Source: Phaeosaccion multiseriatum
Taxonomy: Eukaryota > Protista > Ochrophyta, other classes
Direction: 5' to 3'
NCBI GenBank assembly: GCA_965112735.1
Contig: OZ218959.1
Coordinates: 1,612,001 to 1,676,000, forward strand
DNA: 64,000 bases
Numbering within the stretch: position 1 is the stretch's first letter; every line of letters begins with the position of its first letter. The notes under the pieces are model-generated. The model was given only the letters and a program-made list of their open reading frames with translations. It searched no databases and was not told where the DNA came from. Shown here in pieces: positions 1-14,945 of this stretch. The translations under genes were made by a program, and so were the position numbers.

Positions 1-365
1 CCCAACCCACGGCGAGGGCCCATCAGTCGAGATAACACACACCGCTGTGAGAGCAGTGTGGGCCCGTTGCGCGACGACCGGCCAGGGGGACGGAGCTTCC
101 ACCCCCAAGGAGAGACGAGAGTCAGTCACACCAATGTACGTTGGTTGTACGGTACGGCACTCTCTCCCCTGTACACTCCAAAATCCCCTCCAACATATAA
201 TTTTGAGTGGTGGTGGCGCGACACGCCCTCCACCTCAAGCCCCGTCCATCCATTGCCATCCATCCGTCTGTGGTGTAACTGCCTGTAACTGCCCCCCCCC
301 TCCCCCCACTCTGACGCCTCCTGTGTTTGACTAAAAGCGATCACCGCCCCGCCCGCTAACGATAA

Positions 366-1705
<1,340 letters not shown>

Positions 1706-2649
1706 CTTGGTTGTGAGATATGTAATTAAGAGGTTGAGGGCAAGGTCCTGGATGTAGAGTGAGGGCAGAACACTCACAAAACCCCCGGGGGGCTTGCAAA
1801 AGTATAGGAAACATTACCCAAGGGGGCTTTTCCCGTTGGGGATTTGTTCGTCGGGAGAAACAAAAACTCGTCTTTGGGTACGCTTTTGTTGATGGAGAGA
1901 GGTAGAGGAGGGGAGAAAGAGAAGGCGACACTGTGAAAGGAAGAGAGATTGGAGGAGAGGGCCCCTACGACTGAAGGAGCGGCGAAGGAGCGCCGCGAGA
2001 AGAGGAGGAGAGAGGCAAAAGAGGTGCGTGGGAAGAGGAAGAGGAGGAGGGCAGCAGCACGCAGCAACAGCTGCTGCTACAGGCTAGTAACAGTAGCTGC
2101 GAGGCAATCAGGGAGACGTGGTGACAGACAGAGTAGACGGTTTACTCCTTGATGGTGCTTCTGTCGCTGGCCTTTTAGGGTCTTTGCTTTTGCACTTGCT
2201 GCAGAGCCTGTGCTGCTGATGCACTCACTCACCTTGCCGAGGCAGTTGCGTAGAGCGGAGGAGAAGGCTGACGCAACCAAGAAGAGATGGTAATAGATCA
2301 GAGGCTTTCATCTTCCATTGGTGCTTCTTGCTGCTGGCATTTAGGGCAATCAGTTTGTGGTGCTGCACTTACAGATGACCTCCTAGAGGCCGTTGAGGAG
2401 AGCAGAGTGGGAACAAGATGTGATAGCAGGGGCAGAAGGTAGATTTGCTCTCCACGTGGTGGTTTGAGTTTGCGGTGGCAAAGCCTCCCCTGCACAAGGT
2501 CGACCCCTCTTTTTATCTCTCCTTCCGCACCCCCCGTCCTCACCCTCATCTGCCCACTGTACGCCCTCGTCTCTTGCTCTTGTGTTGACCCCCCCCCCCC
2601 CCCCCCCCCCCCCCCATTCCTCTCTGCAGAAGCGTTCCAGAAGCCAGCC

Positions 2650-5600
2650 ATGTCCTCTTCGGACCATGGCGCCGGCTCCGGCACGGAGGACAAGGGGGCG
2701 ATGACCATGGTGGCCATCCGAATGAGGCCCCTCAACGAAAGAGAAGAGTCCCAGGGACAAAATGCCATCTGGCGGTGCCTGCCCGCCTACAACAGCATCA
2801 CGCAAACTGCACCCGATGGGAGTCCCCTGCCGGACACCAAGGGCACCTCCTTCTTCACCTACGACAAAATCTTTGGCGAGGACAGCGACACCAGAGACAT
2901 TTACGACGAGTGCGCCCGCCACCTCGTGCAAGGCTTGGTGGCTGGGGTCAACGGGACCATCTTCGCCTACGGACAGACCTCGTCGGGCAAGACATACACC
3001 ATGCAGGGGGCGGATGGTGGCAAGGTGCCGGGCATTGTCCACATGGCGATGGCTGACATTTTCAACTCCATGGGTGAGCACCCGGGGCGTGTCTTCTTGT
3101 TGCGAGTGTCCTATCTCGAGATTTACAACGAAGAGATTCGGGACTTGCTCAACCCTGACACGCCTAAGCTCAGCGTACGAGAGGACCCGCGCAGGGGCGT
3201 CTACGTCGACGCCAAGGAGCAGATGATCAACTCCTACGAGGGCATTCTCGCCGCTCTGGCCTATGGAGAGAGGCAGCGGCACGTGGACGCCACGGAGATG
3301 AATGCTCGCTCGTCTCGCAGCCACACTATCTTCCGCGTTGTGGTGGAGAGCAAGGCGGACGTAGTGGAGGGGGGTCTGGAGGAGGCGGAGGGGGACGGGG
3401 TAGACGCGGCTGCCGTGCTTGTGGCCACACTCAATCTTGTCGACCTCGCGGGCAGCGAGAGTGTGAGGCACACGGGAGCCACAGGGGCGAGGCAGAAGGA
3501 GGGTGGCAAGATCAACCAGAGCCTGCTCTCCCTCAGCAGGGTGATTCAGGCGCTGAGCAGCGCGGGTGTGGGCAGCAGCGGCAGCGGCCAGCACAACCAA
3601 CACGTCGGGTTCCGTGACTCCAAGCTAACGCGCATTCTCCAGCCCAGCCTGTCGGGCAACGCGAGTATGGCCATCATCTGTTGCGCCACCCCTGCCGACC
3701 GCTTCTTAGAGGAGACGAGGAGCACGCTGCAGTTCGCGGCCCGAGCAAAGATGATCAAGACGCATGCCAAGGTGAACGAAGTGCTGGACGACAGGGCCAA
3801 GCTCAAGCGTGTCAAGAAAGAGCTGGACGAGCTCCGCACCAAGCACCAGAAGCAGGAGGAGCTTCTGCAGCAGCAGACCATGGCCTTGGGCATGGGGATG
3901 GGAGCAGGGGCAGGGGTGGGTGGGCGGGACTCATTGGACAGCGCCGCTACCGACAGCGGCAGTGTAGCGGCGGAAATGTCTGCGGCCGCCGCCCTTGCCG
4001 CCGCGGAGGAGGTGGAGCGTTTGGAGGGCGAGAAGGCAGAACAGGCAGCCAAAATCGAGCGCCTCACGAACCTCATTCTATCCGCGAACGGGGCCCATGC
4101 CGCGGCAGTGGTGGCCGCAGAGGCGGTGAACAGCAGTGGCGGTGGCGCGCTCTCCGGCCTTACCAACAGCGAGGGTGGAGCAGCCGCCGCTGCCGCCGCC
4201 GCCGCCGCCCATATGCTTATCGCCAGTGACCTCATGGATGGCGACTACAGCCAGGCGAGGAGCACACGGGCCAAGCGAGCGAGGGAGACGTGGTGCCCCG
4301 GCAAGAAGAAGAAGGGGCGCCACTTCCCAGAAGAGGCGGAGGTGGAGAGAGAGGCGGGGGGTGATGGGGGTGTGTTGACGGAGGAGGGCGGAGGAGAAGA
4401 CAAGGAGAACGTCAAGAGGAGGTCTCTCGAGCCTCGGGCGGGCCTCTCGGCGTCTTCTCCTTCTGCTTTGAGCACCACGACTCCCTTCTCCTCCCCCTCT
4501 GGCGCAAGAGCCTTCAGACCCGCGTCCGGGGCAGCGGGCTCCTTCACGCCTGGTGGGACCAGCAGCGGCAATGGCGCAGGGGCTGGGGCAATGAACGGGC
4601 ACGCTACTAATGCTGCTGCTGCTGCTGCTGACGCGCAAGCAGTCACTTGTGCTCTCAAGGAGGAGGTCGACGCCCTGAAGGCCAAGCTGGCGGCTCAGGA
4701 GGGGGAGCTTAGTGCGGCCGGGGAGGTAAAGCAGGAGCTGCTGGAGTTCTCCGCCTACACGGAGGAGGTGGAGAAGGAGTGTGAGGCGCTCCGGGAGAAG
4801 CTCAGCTACCTGCAGGAAGGGGAGAAGAAGGATGCAGAAAGGCGGGAAGACGAGGATGATGTCCGAGTGAAAGAGTTGGAGAGGGAGCTGGTGGCGGTAC
4901 AGGGCAAGGTGGTGGCGCTGGGCAAGGAGAAGGATGACGCCGAGGCGGCAGCAGCGGCCGCTCGGGGAACGGACGACGTGCAGCAGTCCCTCATGAAGGA
5001 CTTGGAGGAGAGGGCAGAGCGAGCCGAGGCAGGTAAGGCTACGCTGGAGGAGAGAGTGAAGCACCTCGAGGCGTGCCTGGAGGACTCGGCTTCTTCTGTG
5101 GCGGCGGCGGCAGCTTCCTCCGTTGCGGCCGACAGCAACGTAGAGGAGAAGGTGGCACGTCTGCAGGAGCAGTTGGAGGCCAGCGAGGCGGAGAAGTGCG
5201 ACGCCCAGGAGGAGGCCTCTCGCCTAGAGGTTGCCGTGGGTGCCTTGGAAGCGTCGTCTGTGGAGGGAGAGGAGCAGCTCAAGCAGCAGCTCAAGCAGGC
5301 GCAGGAGGCCTCTGTTGCTCATGAGACTGCGCTCGAGGCTTGTAACGCCAGGATCGTGGAGCTTGAAACGACACTCGAGGCTCGGAACGGAACCCTCACT
5401 GAGCTTGAAACGACACTCGAGGCTCGAAACGAAACCATCGCTGAGCTTGAAACGACACTCGAGGCTTGGAACGACACCTTCGCTGAGGAGCAGGAGCAGC
5501 CCCGTGAGGAGCTTCGCCACAGCCAGAGCCGCGTGCTAGAGCTCGAGACTCTGCTGCGAGAGAGTGAGGAGGGAAACAGTGCCCTTGAGGGTCAGCTGGC

Positions 5601-8600
5601 GGAGGCACTTGCCTCCGTGGAAGAAAAGCAGGTCCTGCTGGAGACCTTGGAGCAACAGGCGGCGAAACAGACTATCACGGCCACCTCCGTCGATGCGACT
5701 ATCGAGGCTGAGGCAGAGACTGCGGCAGATGAACGTGGGCACGAGGAGGGCGGAGCGGATCACTCGGACGTCGTCGAGTGGGCTTCAGCGGAAGAGCAGG
5801 CAGAAGATGCTATGGAAGCGGACGAGGGAGAGGCAGCAGCCGTCGAGCAGCAGCAGCAGCAGGAGGAGGAGGAGGAAGAGAAAGAGAAGGAAGAACTCCT
5901 TGCCAAGCTCTCTGACGCGGAGGCCCTGGCGGAGAAGCGATCCAACGAGGCGGCGGCCCTCAAGGGGGAGTTGCAGGGGGCTTTGTCCGAGGTTCATGGC
6001 TTGGAGGAGAGCGTGGCGATGCTCGAGGAGCACGTAGACCTCCTGCGCACGCAGCTCGACGCCACGGGGGCTTCAGGTGCTCCTGCTGCATCACCAACTG
6101 CTCCTGCTGGTGATGGTGCTGCTGCTGCCCCTGTATCTTCTTCTGACGAGGAGGAGGGCGGAAAGGAGCAGGACGGCGAAGATGATCAAGGCATCGACAG
6201 TTCCGCCAACCTCTCCGAGCGAATTGCCTCTCTGCGGGCCCAGCTGAATGCTTCGGAGCTCAGCCGTGGCGAGGTGGAGGAGCGCCACACCAGCCTCCTG
6301 GAGAGGGTGACTCAACTCGCTGACGAGGCCGCCGCCTCTGCTGCGCAGCACTCGGAGCAGAATTCGGAGAGGGTGGCACTTGAGGAGGAGCTTGTTGCCG
6401 TGAGAGAGCGTCTTGCTCAGGCGGAGGAGGAGCGCTCTGAGGCGAGGAGGGCGCTGCAGGACACATCGCTGCGCATGGAGGGGTTGCAGGTGCAGCTTGA
6501 CCTCAGGTACGGGACACGATCGGTCATGGATGGTGCCATCACGGCATCATTGCTTCTGGTTGTCGACTAGATGGTTGGCTGACTGGACGGATGGATGGCT
6601 GACTGACTCGTGTCGTGTCGGCTGACACTCTGAAAACACTTTGCCTGCTGCTGTGTGTGCTCTGGCTGTAATTTTAATTTTCGTTTTTAAGTTTAAGGGG
6701 CTTGAACGTTTGTTTGCGAGATGTAGATGTGCTCTATGCTCACTTCCTCGAGTAGAGTAGTGTTTTGATTTTAATCTCTCTCCCCCTCGTTCGACTTGCC
6801 TCGCCTGGCCTCGGCCCTTCTCTCTCTCTGTCTGTCTGGTCAGCGTGGAAATGAGCAAGGAGCACTCAAACAGAGCAAGCCAGACACAGGAGGTGCTCGC
6901 AACGGTGAGGGACCGCGTGGAGGAGCTAGAGGCGCACATCGCTGCGGAAACCATCGCGTCGGAGGCGGCAAGTGCAGCAAGTGCAGCCAGAGGAGGGAAT
7001 AACGCTACTACAGCAGCACAGGCCAAGTCTATCGAGGCGGAGGGCGAGAAGGAGGAGGATGCAGCAGTTGGTGATACAGCAGCAGCTGATGATATGCAGC
7101 AGCAGCAGCAGCTACTCCAGGCGGAGATTGAGGCCCTTACAGCGCAGCTGAACACCGTGCAGGAGGGGGGCCAGAGAGATCTCGATGCGGCGCGTGCATT
7201 GGCGGAGGGTATGGAGGAGAAGGTCCTCGCCCTGGAGGCTGAGTTGGCAGCAGCGGCAGCAGTTGGTGATACCGCAGCAAACACGGGAGAGACAGTGGAG
7301 ATGGAGAGGACTCAGGATGAGGTGGTGGAGCAAAAGCAGCAGCAGGAGGAGGAGGAACAGCGCATGCAGTTGGCTGCAGAGGAGGCCCAGATGGCACTGG
7401 AAGAGGAGCTGTCGAGTGCAAAGCTCCTGGTAGAGGAACAAAGGGCCAGAGTGGCGGCGCTGGAGAGCGAGCTTATGACCGTCTTGGAGGATTCTGAAAC
7501 GCTCAGCGAGGAGATGGTGAAGCTGTCCGACGACGCAGCGACCCTCAAGCAGCAGAGCGCCGAGAAGGACGACTTGCTTGCCAAGGAGAGGGTGTTGCTG
7601 GCCGAGGAGAGGGAGTGCCGTGCGGATCTAGAGCAGCAGGTCGGAGTGCTTGAGGAGCTCGCGGAGGAGGCGCGTGCCAAGGTTGAGCTCACCACGACCC
7701 AACTCAAGGAGGCCCGAGAGGCAGCAGCAGCGGCAGCCGCAGCCGCAGAAGCAGCAGAGGCAGTGGTCGAGGCAAAGACAGCGATAGAAGCAGAGGCAAA
7801 GGCATCGGCAGCGATGTCGGCGACGTTGCCGTTGCTTCCCTTCTCTCCTACTGCCACCACCGCTACGGAGGGCCTTCACCACCCCAAGAGCGCAGGAGGG
7901 CATGTCAACGACGAGAGCGAGACGGGAGAGGGAGGAGAGGCTGCGGTCCTGTCGGCCACGGCGGAGGTCCGGCGCCTTCTCGTGGTGGTGGACCACAAGT
8001 CTTCGGAACTGGACAGCGCCCTGCGTGAGAAGGAGGCCTTGCACGCAGAGTTGCAGGAGACAAGGGGCATGTATCAAGCGGCCCAATCCTCCGCCTGTGA
8101 CGTGACGGGTTCGGAGGAGTCTTTGCAGAAGCGTCTGGGGCAGCTCACCTGTCAGCTGGATCTGGCGTTGGGAGAGAAGGACCACGCTCTGACTCGTCTG
8201 AAGGAGACGGAGGCCGAGATGAAGCGTTTGGAGGCGACCTCGAGTAGGGAGGTGGATGAACTGCAGCGACAGCTCTCCTTGACCACCCCCATCGCTGATG
8301 CCAGAGAGAGTGGGGCGGCAGTTCCATCGGCTGACGAAATGTGGCGTCTGCGCGAGTCGATTACCGCGCTGGAGGGCAGGATTGCCGCTCTGAAGAAGGA
8401 CAAGAAGGAAGCAGAGGAGGTCGGTGAGCGCGCTCGATGTGACGCGCTGGACTTGCAAGGGGAGGTGGAGGTGCTCCAGCTTAAGCTCCAGAGGAGTGGA
8501 GACGACAGCCCAGAGGGGCAGACCGCACGCATCGCCCGCGAGCAAGAGGCCGAGGAGGAGAAGGCAGCGTTGCAAAAGCGCGTGGAGGAGGCGGTGCGTG

Positions 8601-11450
8601 GACGAGAGGAGGCGATACAGCGCCAGGGAGATGTGGAGGCTGACTTACGGCAGCAAGAGCAGCGGTGCACTCGCCTGCAGGCCGATGTGGGCATGATGCG
8701 TGAGGAGTGCGAGCGGCTTGGAGAGGAGGTGATGGAGCTGGAGGCCGGCAAGAGAGACTTGACGGGGAGGGTGGAGCAGCTGGAAGGAGAACTCCAGGAG
8801 GCAGTGGCCGCGAATGCGTGTACCGAGAAGGCCGAGGACAGCGAGAAGCTGACTGAGGCAGAGGCTGCTGCTGCTGCCGCGAAGGAGGATCTGGCGCATG
8901 CCGAGGAGCTGCTGGCAGAGCGTGTGACGGAGTGCGAGGAGATGAGGAGCGCACTTCAGACAGCGCAGGAGGAGGCCTCGGCCTTGCAGGAGCAGCAGAA
9001 GAGAGCGGAGGAGGCCGAGGCAGCCCTGCTTGTCACGGAGCATGCGTTGACCACCGCACGAGCTGAGGCGGCGGGGCAGGAGTCGCGATTGCTAGCCGAG
9101 ATGAGCGAGCAGCGGGCGTCTCTGATGCAAGAGGTAGAGGCTGCGCAAGGCAACGCTCAGGCTGCTTTGATGGATGTGGAGGGCCTGCAGGGGCGCTTGA
9201 CGGCTGCTCAGGACCAGATGGAGGAGAAGGAAGGGCAGAGTAAGGAGGAGAAAATGGCACTGGAAGAGCGTTTGAAGGCCCAGGCCCAAGCAAGGCAGGA
9301 GGTGGTGGACGAGCTGCTGCAGATCCGCGAGAAGCTTGCGCAGACGGAGCAACAGATGGCGACTGCGGGCGGGGACGGCGAGGAGGAGGAGAAGCAGGAG
9401 GATGAGGGGGAGAGTGCGCAGGCGGCACAGAGAGAGATGCTTGAGCAACTCGAGAACATGATGGAAGAGAAGCAGGCGGCGGAGAGCAGGGCGGCAAGCA
9501 TGCAGAACGAGCTCGAGCAGCTGAGGGCAGGTACGGACACAAGGGAGGAGGGGCGAGAGGGTCATGTCACGTGTGTTTATGTGTGTGAGTTGGTGATACA
9601 TATAGAGGGGAGGAGGAAGGGGTGTGGTCTGTTTGTCTGCTGTCTGCCTCTCTTCGTTCTCTTTCCCCTCTGAGTTTTTGCTCCTTCTTTCTTCATGCCT
9701 CCTCTCCACCCTGTTTTCCTGACGTTGGACTGTTTCTCCTGTGCTGTGCCGGGCTGTGCGACTGTGTATGAAATAAATAGATGTGGCCAACGCGGAGCAG
9801 AGAGCTGCGGAGGAGCAGGCCATGCTCATGAGCGCCGCGCAGGAGAAGATGGCAGCCTACGAGAACAAGATCGAGACTCTCACACGTACTGTGGAGAGCG
9901 CCCAGGAGGACTTTGAGGCGACGGCAGCCGCGCTGGCCCAGGCTCAGGAAGAGGTGCAGCAGCAGCAGTTGGTGATACAGCAGCAGGCGGAGGAAGGGCA
10001 GGAGGAGAGTAAGAGGGCCCTGCAGGAGGCGGAGGCTGTGCAGCGAGAGTTGGAGGAGCAGTTGGTGGTACAGCAGCAGGTCGCCAAGGAGGCACAGGAC
10101 GGGATGGCGGCGCTGGAGGCAACAATGGTAGAAAAGAACGCGCGCATCACTCAACTGGAGAGTGTGCGACTGACCAACGAAGACGTGGAGCGGTTACAGA
10201 AAATGCACGCCACCGCGAGGACGCACAAGGCGACCATCAAGACGCTCACCAAGGAGAACAAGGAGGTGCAGGAGGAGCTTGAGGAGGTGAAGGTTGAGCT
10301 GAGTAAGGCCACCGATGCTTTGCAAGCTTTGCAAGCCGCCAAGGAAGAAGGAGGGGAGGAGGGGGAGGGAGAGAATGGTGCCCTCGTGTTGACACAGCGT
10401 GTGGCGGAGCTGGAGTCCGACAAGACTATCCTCTCTGACAAGCTTCGCAAGTATGCCTCCCACTGCCAGAGGCTCGAGGCGGAGAGGAGCAGCATCCGCT
10501 CGGTCATAGCCCACGCCATGCCTGGTGCGGGTGGTGATGATGACGATGACGAAGATGAGACCGATGGGAAGACATTGATCGACGAGGTGGAGCGCTTGTT
10601 GTCCAAGATGCACGAGCAGCAGCAGTTGGTGATACAGCAGGGGGTGGGGCCGTCGTCGCAACAGGAGGAGGACGAGCAGGTCCAAGTGCTCAAGGCGAAG
10701 CTCCGAGAGGGCATGGCGCGCTTCCGTCTGCTTGAAGAGCAGGAGGCCAAGCACAGAGAGCAGCTGGAGGCGGCCCACGTACAGCTGGATGGTCTCCGAG
10801 TTGAGAGGGAGGACATGGTCGCACAGCACGAGGAGGCATTGGAGGCGGCTGTCAACGCAGCCGCAGCAAGAGGAGGAGGAGGAGGAGGAGGAGGAGGAGG
10901 ATTCAAGATGAATGAGGAGTTGGCCAGCAAAGTGAGCTTCTTGGAGGGGGAGAACTGTGCGCTCATGGTGGAGATTAAGGGCTGCAAAAAGGAGCTCACA
11001 CAGACCAGAGCAGAGCTGGAGGCTCTCATGAGCGCTGCCGCCGCTGCAAAAGCCGTCGCAAAGGCGTCTGCCTCTTCTTCCGCGCTCCTGGGGGGCGAGG
11101 AGCCTGCCACCCCCCTCGGGGAGAGCCTTGCGAGGGTGGGCGTGAGTGCATGTGTCGGCAGTAGTAGTAGCAGCAACAGCAGCAGCAGGGCCCGCAGCAC
11201 GAGCGTCTTTAAGAGTACCGGCAAGAAGGGCAAGAAGGGCAAGGACGGAGCCAATGGGACTAACACCGGAGGGGGGGGCAGCAACAACAACAGCATGGTC
11301 GGAGCGAGCGCCACGGAGAAGGAGAACAGCATCAACCACTCTCGCGGCAAGCCTGGGGCTGCCACACGTAGAGGGCGCAATCGCGCTGCCCTCCTCGCGG
11401 CAGACAACAGCCCCGGTGATGGTGACAATCCTGAGTGCAAGCAGTCGTGA
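2650..11450 (+). CDS. CENPE: Kinesin-7 / CENP-E-like motor, ~2737 aa; exons 2650-6506, 6844-9530, 9781-11450
   Basis: N-terminal motor motifs (RMRP, GQTSSGKT P-loop, NARSSRSH, LVDLAGSE, FRDSKLTRILQPSLSGN); post-neck RETWCPG motif typical of kinesin-7; very long coiled coil; KEN boxes; C-terminal CKQS; GT-AG junctions join in frame. Confidence 0.88.
5359..5487 (+). repeat. 42-bp tandem repeat x3 encoding ELETTLEA(R/W)NxTxx in the kinesin coiled coil
   Basis: gagcttgaaacgacactcgaggct recurs at 5359, 5401 and 5443. Confidence 0.9.
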
Positions 11451-12151
11451 GTGAGAGAGTGTGTGAGGGAGTGGACGTGCACAGTCCTGCTGTGAGATGG
11501 GCAGTGACGTCATGTGGGTGTGAAGGTTGGTTGTTTGTCATGTGACTCACAGGGGGGGCGGGGGATATCGACTTGGAGTTTTGTGTCGTGCGTGTGTCTA
11601 TGTGTTGTATGTGTGGGGAGGGGGATAAAACACTCTGGATGGGAGCAGAACAAAGAGAGAGGAAAGAGAAGCCCCTACGCATGTAGCTTAGGGAAAGTTG
11701 GGGGATGGTTCTGTGTGTGGAGTAGCTCAGAAGCAAATTTGCTCGCTCTCCTCACGGATATAAGTTCAGGTACATGTAGTCCAGTACTTGTAGGTCCCCC
11801 AAGAGTGAAGAGAGTCCGCTTCACGGACGGAGGGTGCATTCATCAATAAAACTCGTTATATTGTACCGTTTCACCTACTTGCAGCTTTCACAGCCTTTGA
11901 ACAGCTCGCCACCAAACCAACAAAGCAGAGCGGAGCAGAGACCAACCAGTCTCAGGGGCGAGGCTCGCACGGCATGGCACAGCGCTGCACTGCATTGCAG
12001 TTGGTGATACAGCACAGCACAGCACAGCATATTGTCGTACCATAGGTCCGAGACTCCCATCGCTGGACTCGCCAAAGGTGGCACGGGGGTCTCGGTGGAT
12101 GCTCAGAGAGGTACAGGGAGGGCAGGTCTGAGGCTCAACAAGAAGGACTAT

Positions 12152-14945
12152 TCAGGCCCACCAATACACCAAGAGGGACACAAATAGGCCCAACAAGCCA
12201 GCCCCAAGCCAGACCCGACTTCTCCTCAGCGCCGCCCCCGCCAGCTGTGAGGAGCTGCCAAGTAGCATGAGGTCAGACAGGAGGGGCCAGGCGTTGTCGT
12301 CCCAGTTCTCTCGCCACCTCTTGCCCCCGAGAACGTTGGCCTTGAGCTGGGCCAGCGGAGGCAGCGAGCAGGACGGTGGTGCCGCCCCAGTGCTGCTGCT
12401 GCTGCTGCTGCTCAGGGAGGGGAGGGTGAGACAGGGCGAAGGGGTTCCAGCATCAAAAAGGGTGAACAGATGAGAGAATATAGAGTAAGGCAAAGAGTCT
12501 AAAACAAGCGTGTTCCGAAAAAGAGGGTAAGTAGACAGACAGGGAGATAGACAGACGGACAGACAGGCGGAAAGCAAAGAGCAAACATAAAACAGTACTC
12601 AAACACAACAGAGAAGGCGACGGAGGGCGAAGGAGTGAGGACCACACCTTCCTGTCTGACACCCTTCATCCCCTGTCCTGACACCCCTCACCATATCAAG
12701 CCAGGCTCTACCTCCTCAACCACAGCGAGGGCTTCATGAACGAATGCCTCACGCACGCACGCACACTCACACGCGCGCACTCACATTTTGTCCGTCCCCC
12801 TTCCCCCGTAGCCCCGAAAGAGCTCTCTCAACTGGCGACAGAGCTCCGTGCTGGAGGAGAAGACGAGTCCGTTGTGACCGTGAACAACCAATTCGTGCAG
12901 GCAGCTGTAGGAGATGGCACACACGGGCACGCCGCAGCCGAACATGTCTACGACTCTGGGAGGAGGGCCGGAGGGGTGGGGGGAGGGGAGGGACATACGA
13001 GCGAGCGGGGTGGGGTGATCAGCTTGGGCTGGGCACGCGTACACAGCGGGGAGAGTATCCAACAGCAGGGAATTGGGAGAAAGCCAATCAAGAGCTGAAA
13101 ACCCACCACCAACACTCTCCCCGCCACACTCCCCTCCCCTCCCTTCCCTCCCTCCCCTCCCTCCCTCGTCCCTCCCTCCCTCCCTCCCTCCCTCCCTTTC
13201 TCCCTCACTCACTTCATGGGAAGGTCGATTCCCGAAGTCGAGGTATGCAGACACACGCCCAGGTCGGCGCACCCCAGTAGTGTGGGATAGTCCTCCGGCT
13301 GCAACCACATGGTGATGACAGAAACCCTCTTGAGCCGAAGCTCTGCGATGAGCCTTACGTATCTCTCCTTCTCCGGCCCCTTGCCCGTCACTACCACCAG
13401 TAGCTTGGGAAGAAGGGAGTCAGTGGCGTCGGCTTCTGCCCTTCTTCCCCTCCCGCCTTGCCCTTTCCCTCCTCCTTCCCCTACCTCTCCTTCTTCTCCT
13501 TCTTCTCCTTCTTCCTCTCCCGGTGACCGCACGTCCTCCTCCTCCTGCCCCGATGCCACCGCTGCCCCCCCCTCCTCCTCCCCATCAATCTCTCGCAACG
13601 CGGCCAAAAGTACCCCAAAGTCCTCGTCCGGAGTCCAACTCGTGGAGCTGACGATTAAGGCAGGGCGGTCTGCCCTCTCTCTCACGACTCCATCGTCACC
13701 CACGAGCGTAAAGGGCGTGGTCAGGCTGCTCTGACTGCTCTGTCGGGTAGCACTGTCCACTGCAAGGGCACCTTGGTCCACATCAAGGTCGTTCTTCCCT
13801 CTTCGTCCTCCTCCTCCTCCTCCTCCTCCTCCTCCTCCTCCTCCTCCTCCACCACCACCACCACCACCACCACCTCCTCCTCCTCTTTCTCCGCCTCCTG
13901 CTACTGCTGCTGCTTCTGCTGCAGATGCTGCGCGTGTTTTCCGACGTTGTGCTTCTTTCCCTGTAGATTCCCCCCCCCCGTCGGTCGACTCTGGGGATGG
14001 TCGGCTGCTTCCATACCGAAGCTGGTGGCCGAGCTGAGGCCTTAGCTTGATAAAGAGGTGGTGCATAGCAGTCAGAGACGAGGGTTGGAAAAAGTCCGGC
14101 GGGCGGTCATGAAGCACCACGGGCAGCCACTTGCCAGAGAGGGCGAAGTTGCTCTCCAGCCAGGACTGCATGGCCGAAGAGACACAGAAGTGCCCATCTG
14201 CCCACAGACCCACGCAATTCTCCACGGCCCGCACTGCCAAACGAAGGGGGTGTCCGTCTCGGAGCTGGAACATGGTGTAGCCTAAGTTGTGCCAGTCGAT
14301 GACCATCGCGCACCCTCTGAGGCGGCATGCGAGCCACACGCAGAGGAGAGAGGGCAATGCTGGGGGATTTTGGACCATCATCAGCCTCGGTGCTGGGGCT
14401 GATCCTTCTGCTTCTCCACGGCCGCTGTTTTCCCTACTTACACTTGTACTCGTGCCTCTTTTGCTCCTGCTGCTATTACTACTACTGCTGCTGCTACTGC
14501 TGCTACTGTTGCTGCTACTGGTGCTGCTGTGGGTATAACCGATGCCTCCTCCGGTGCGAAACAGTAGCGCGTGGAGGAGGGAAAATAGCAGCAGAGACCC
14601 CTTGAGAACTGCAAAGATGGGGTAGGCGTATCTCTTCATGTTGACGAGCAGCGGACGATACCATTCATGCCCTTTCCCCGAGAGCGGCGAGGATATGTAC
14701 ACCTCGCGCACCAGCGGCCGCAGTGCCGCCAATGCCGGGACCAAGGCCTCTCCCCGGTATCCTACCAAGGTCACCTGGACGCCGTGCTGAGCCAGGCTGA
14801 GGGCGTGGTACTGCATCCGCGGACTACGGCCCACGTCCCCAAGAACGACTAGCACGACATGATCCCCCTCCCCTTGCTTGTCTTTTTTCTGGGGCAGCTG
14901 CCCCACCGTCCCTCTCTCGGGAGGCGCTGGTGCTGCTTCCATCAT
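12152..14945 (-). CDS. ALG1: Chitobiosyldiphosphodolichol beta-1,4-mannosyltransferase; probable exons 14945-13213, 12955-12785, 12410-12152
   Basis: ALG1 motifs [90 protein letters not shown]; spliced length divisible by 3. Confidence 0.93.

Noticed and set aside
2383-11513. Many long antisense/alternative-frame ORFs over the kinesin and other genes
   Set aside because: Expected shadows of GC-rich, trinucleotide-repeat-rich coding sequence; no independent motifs
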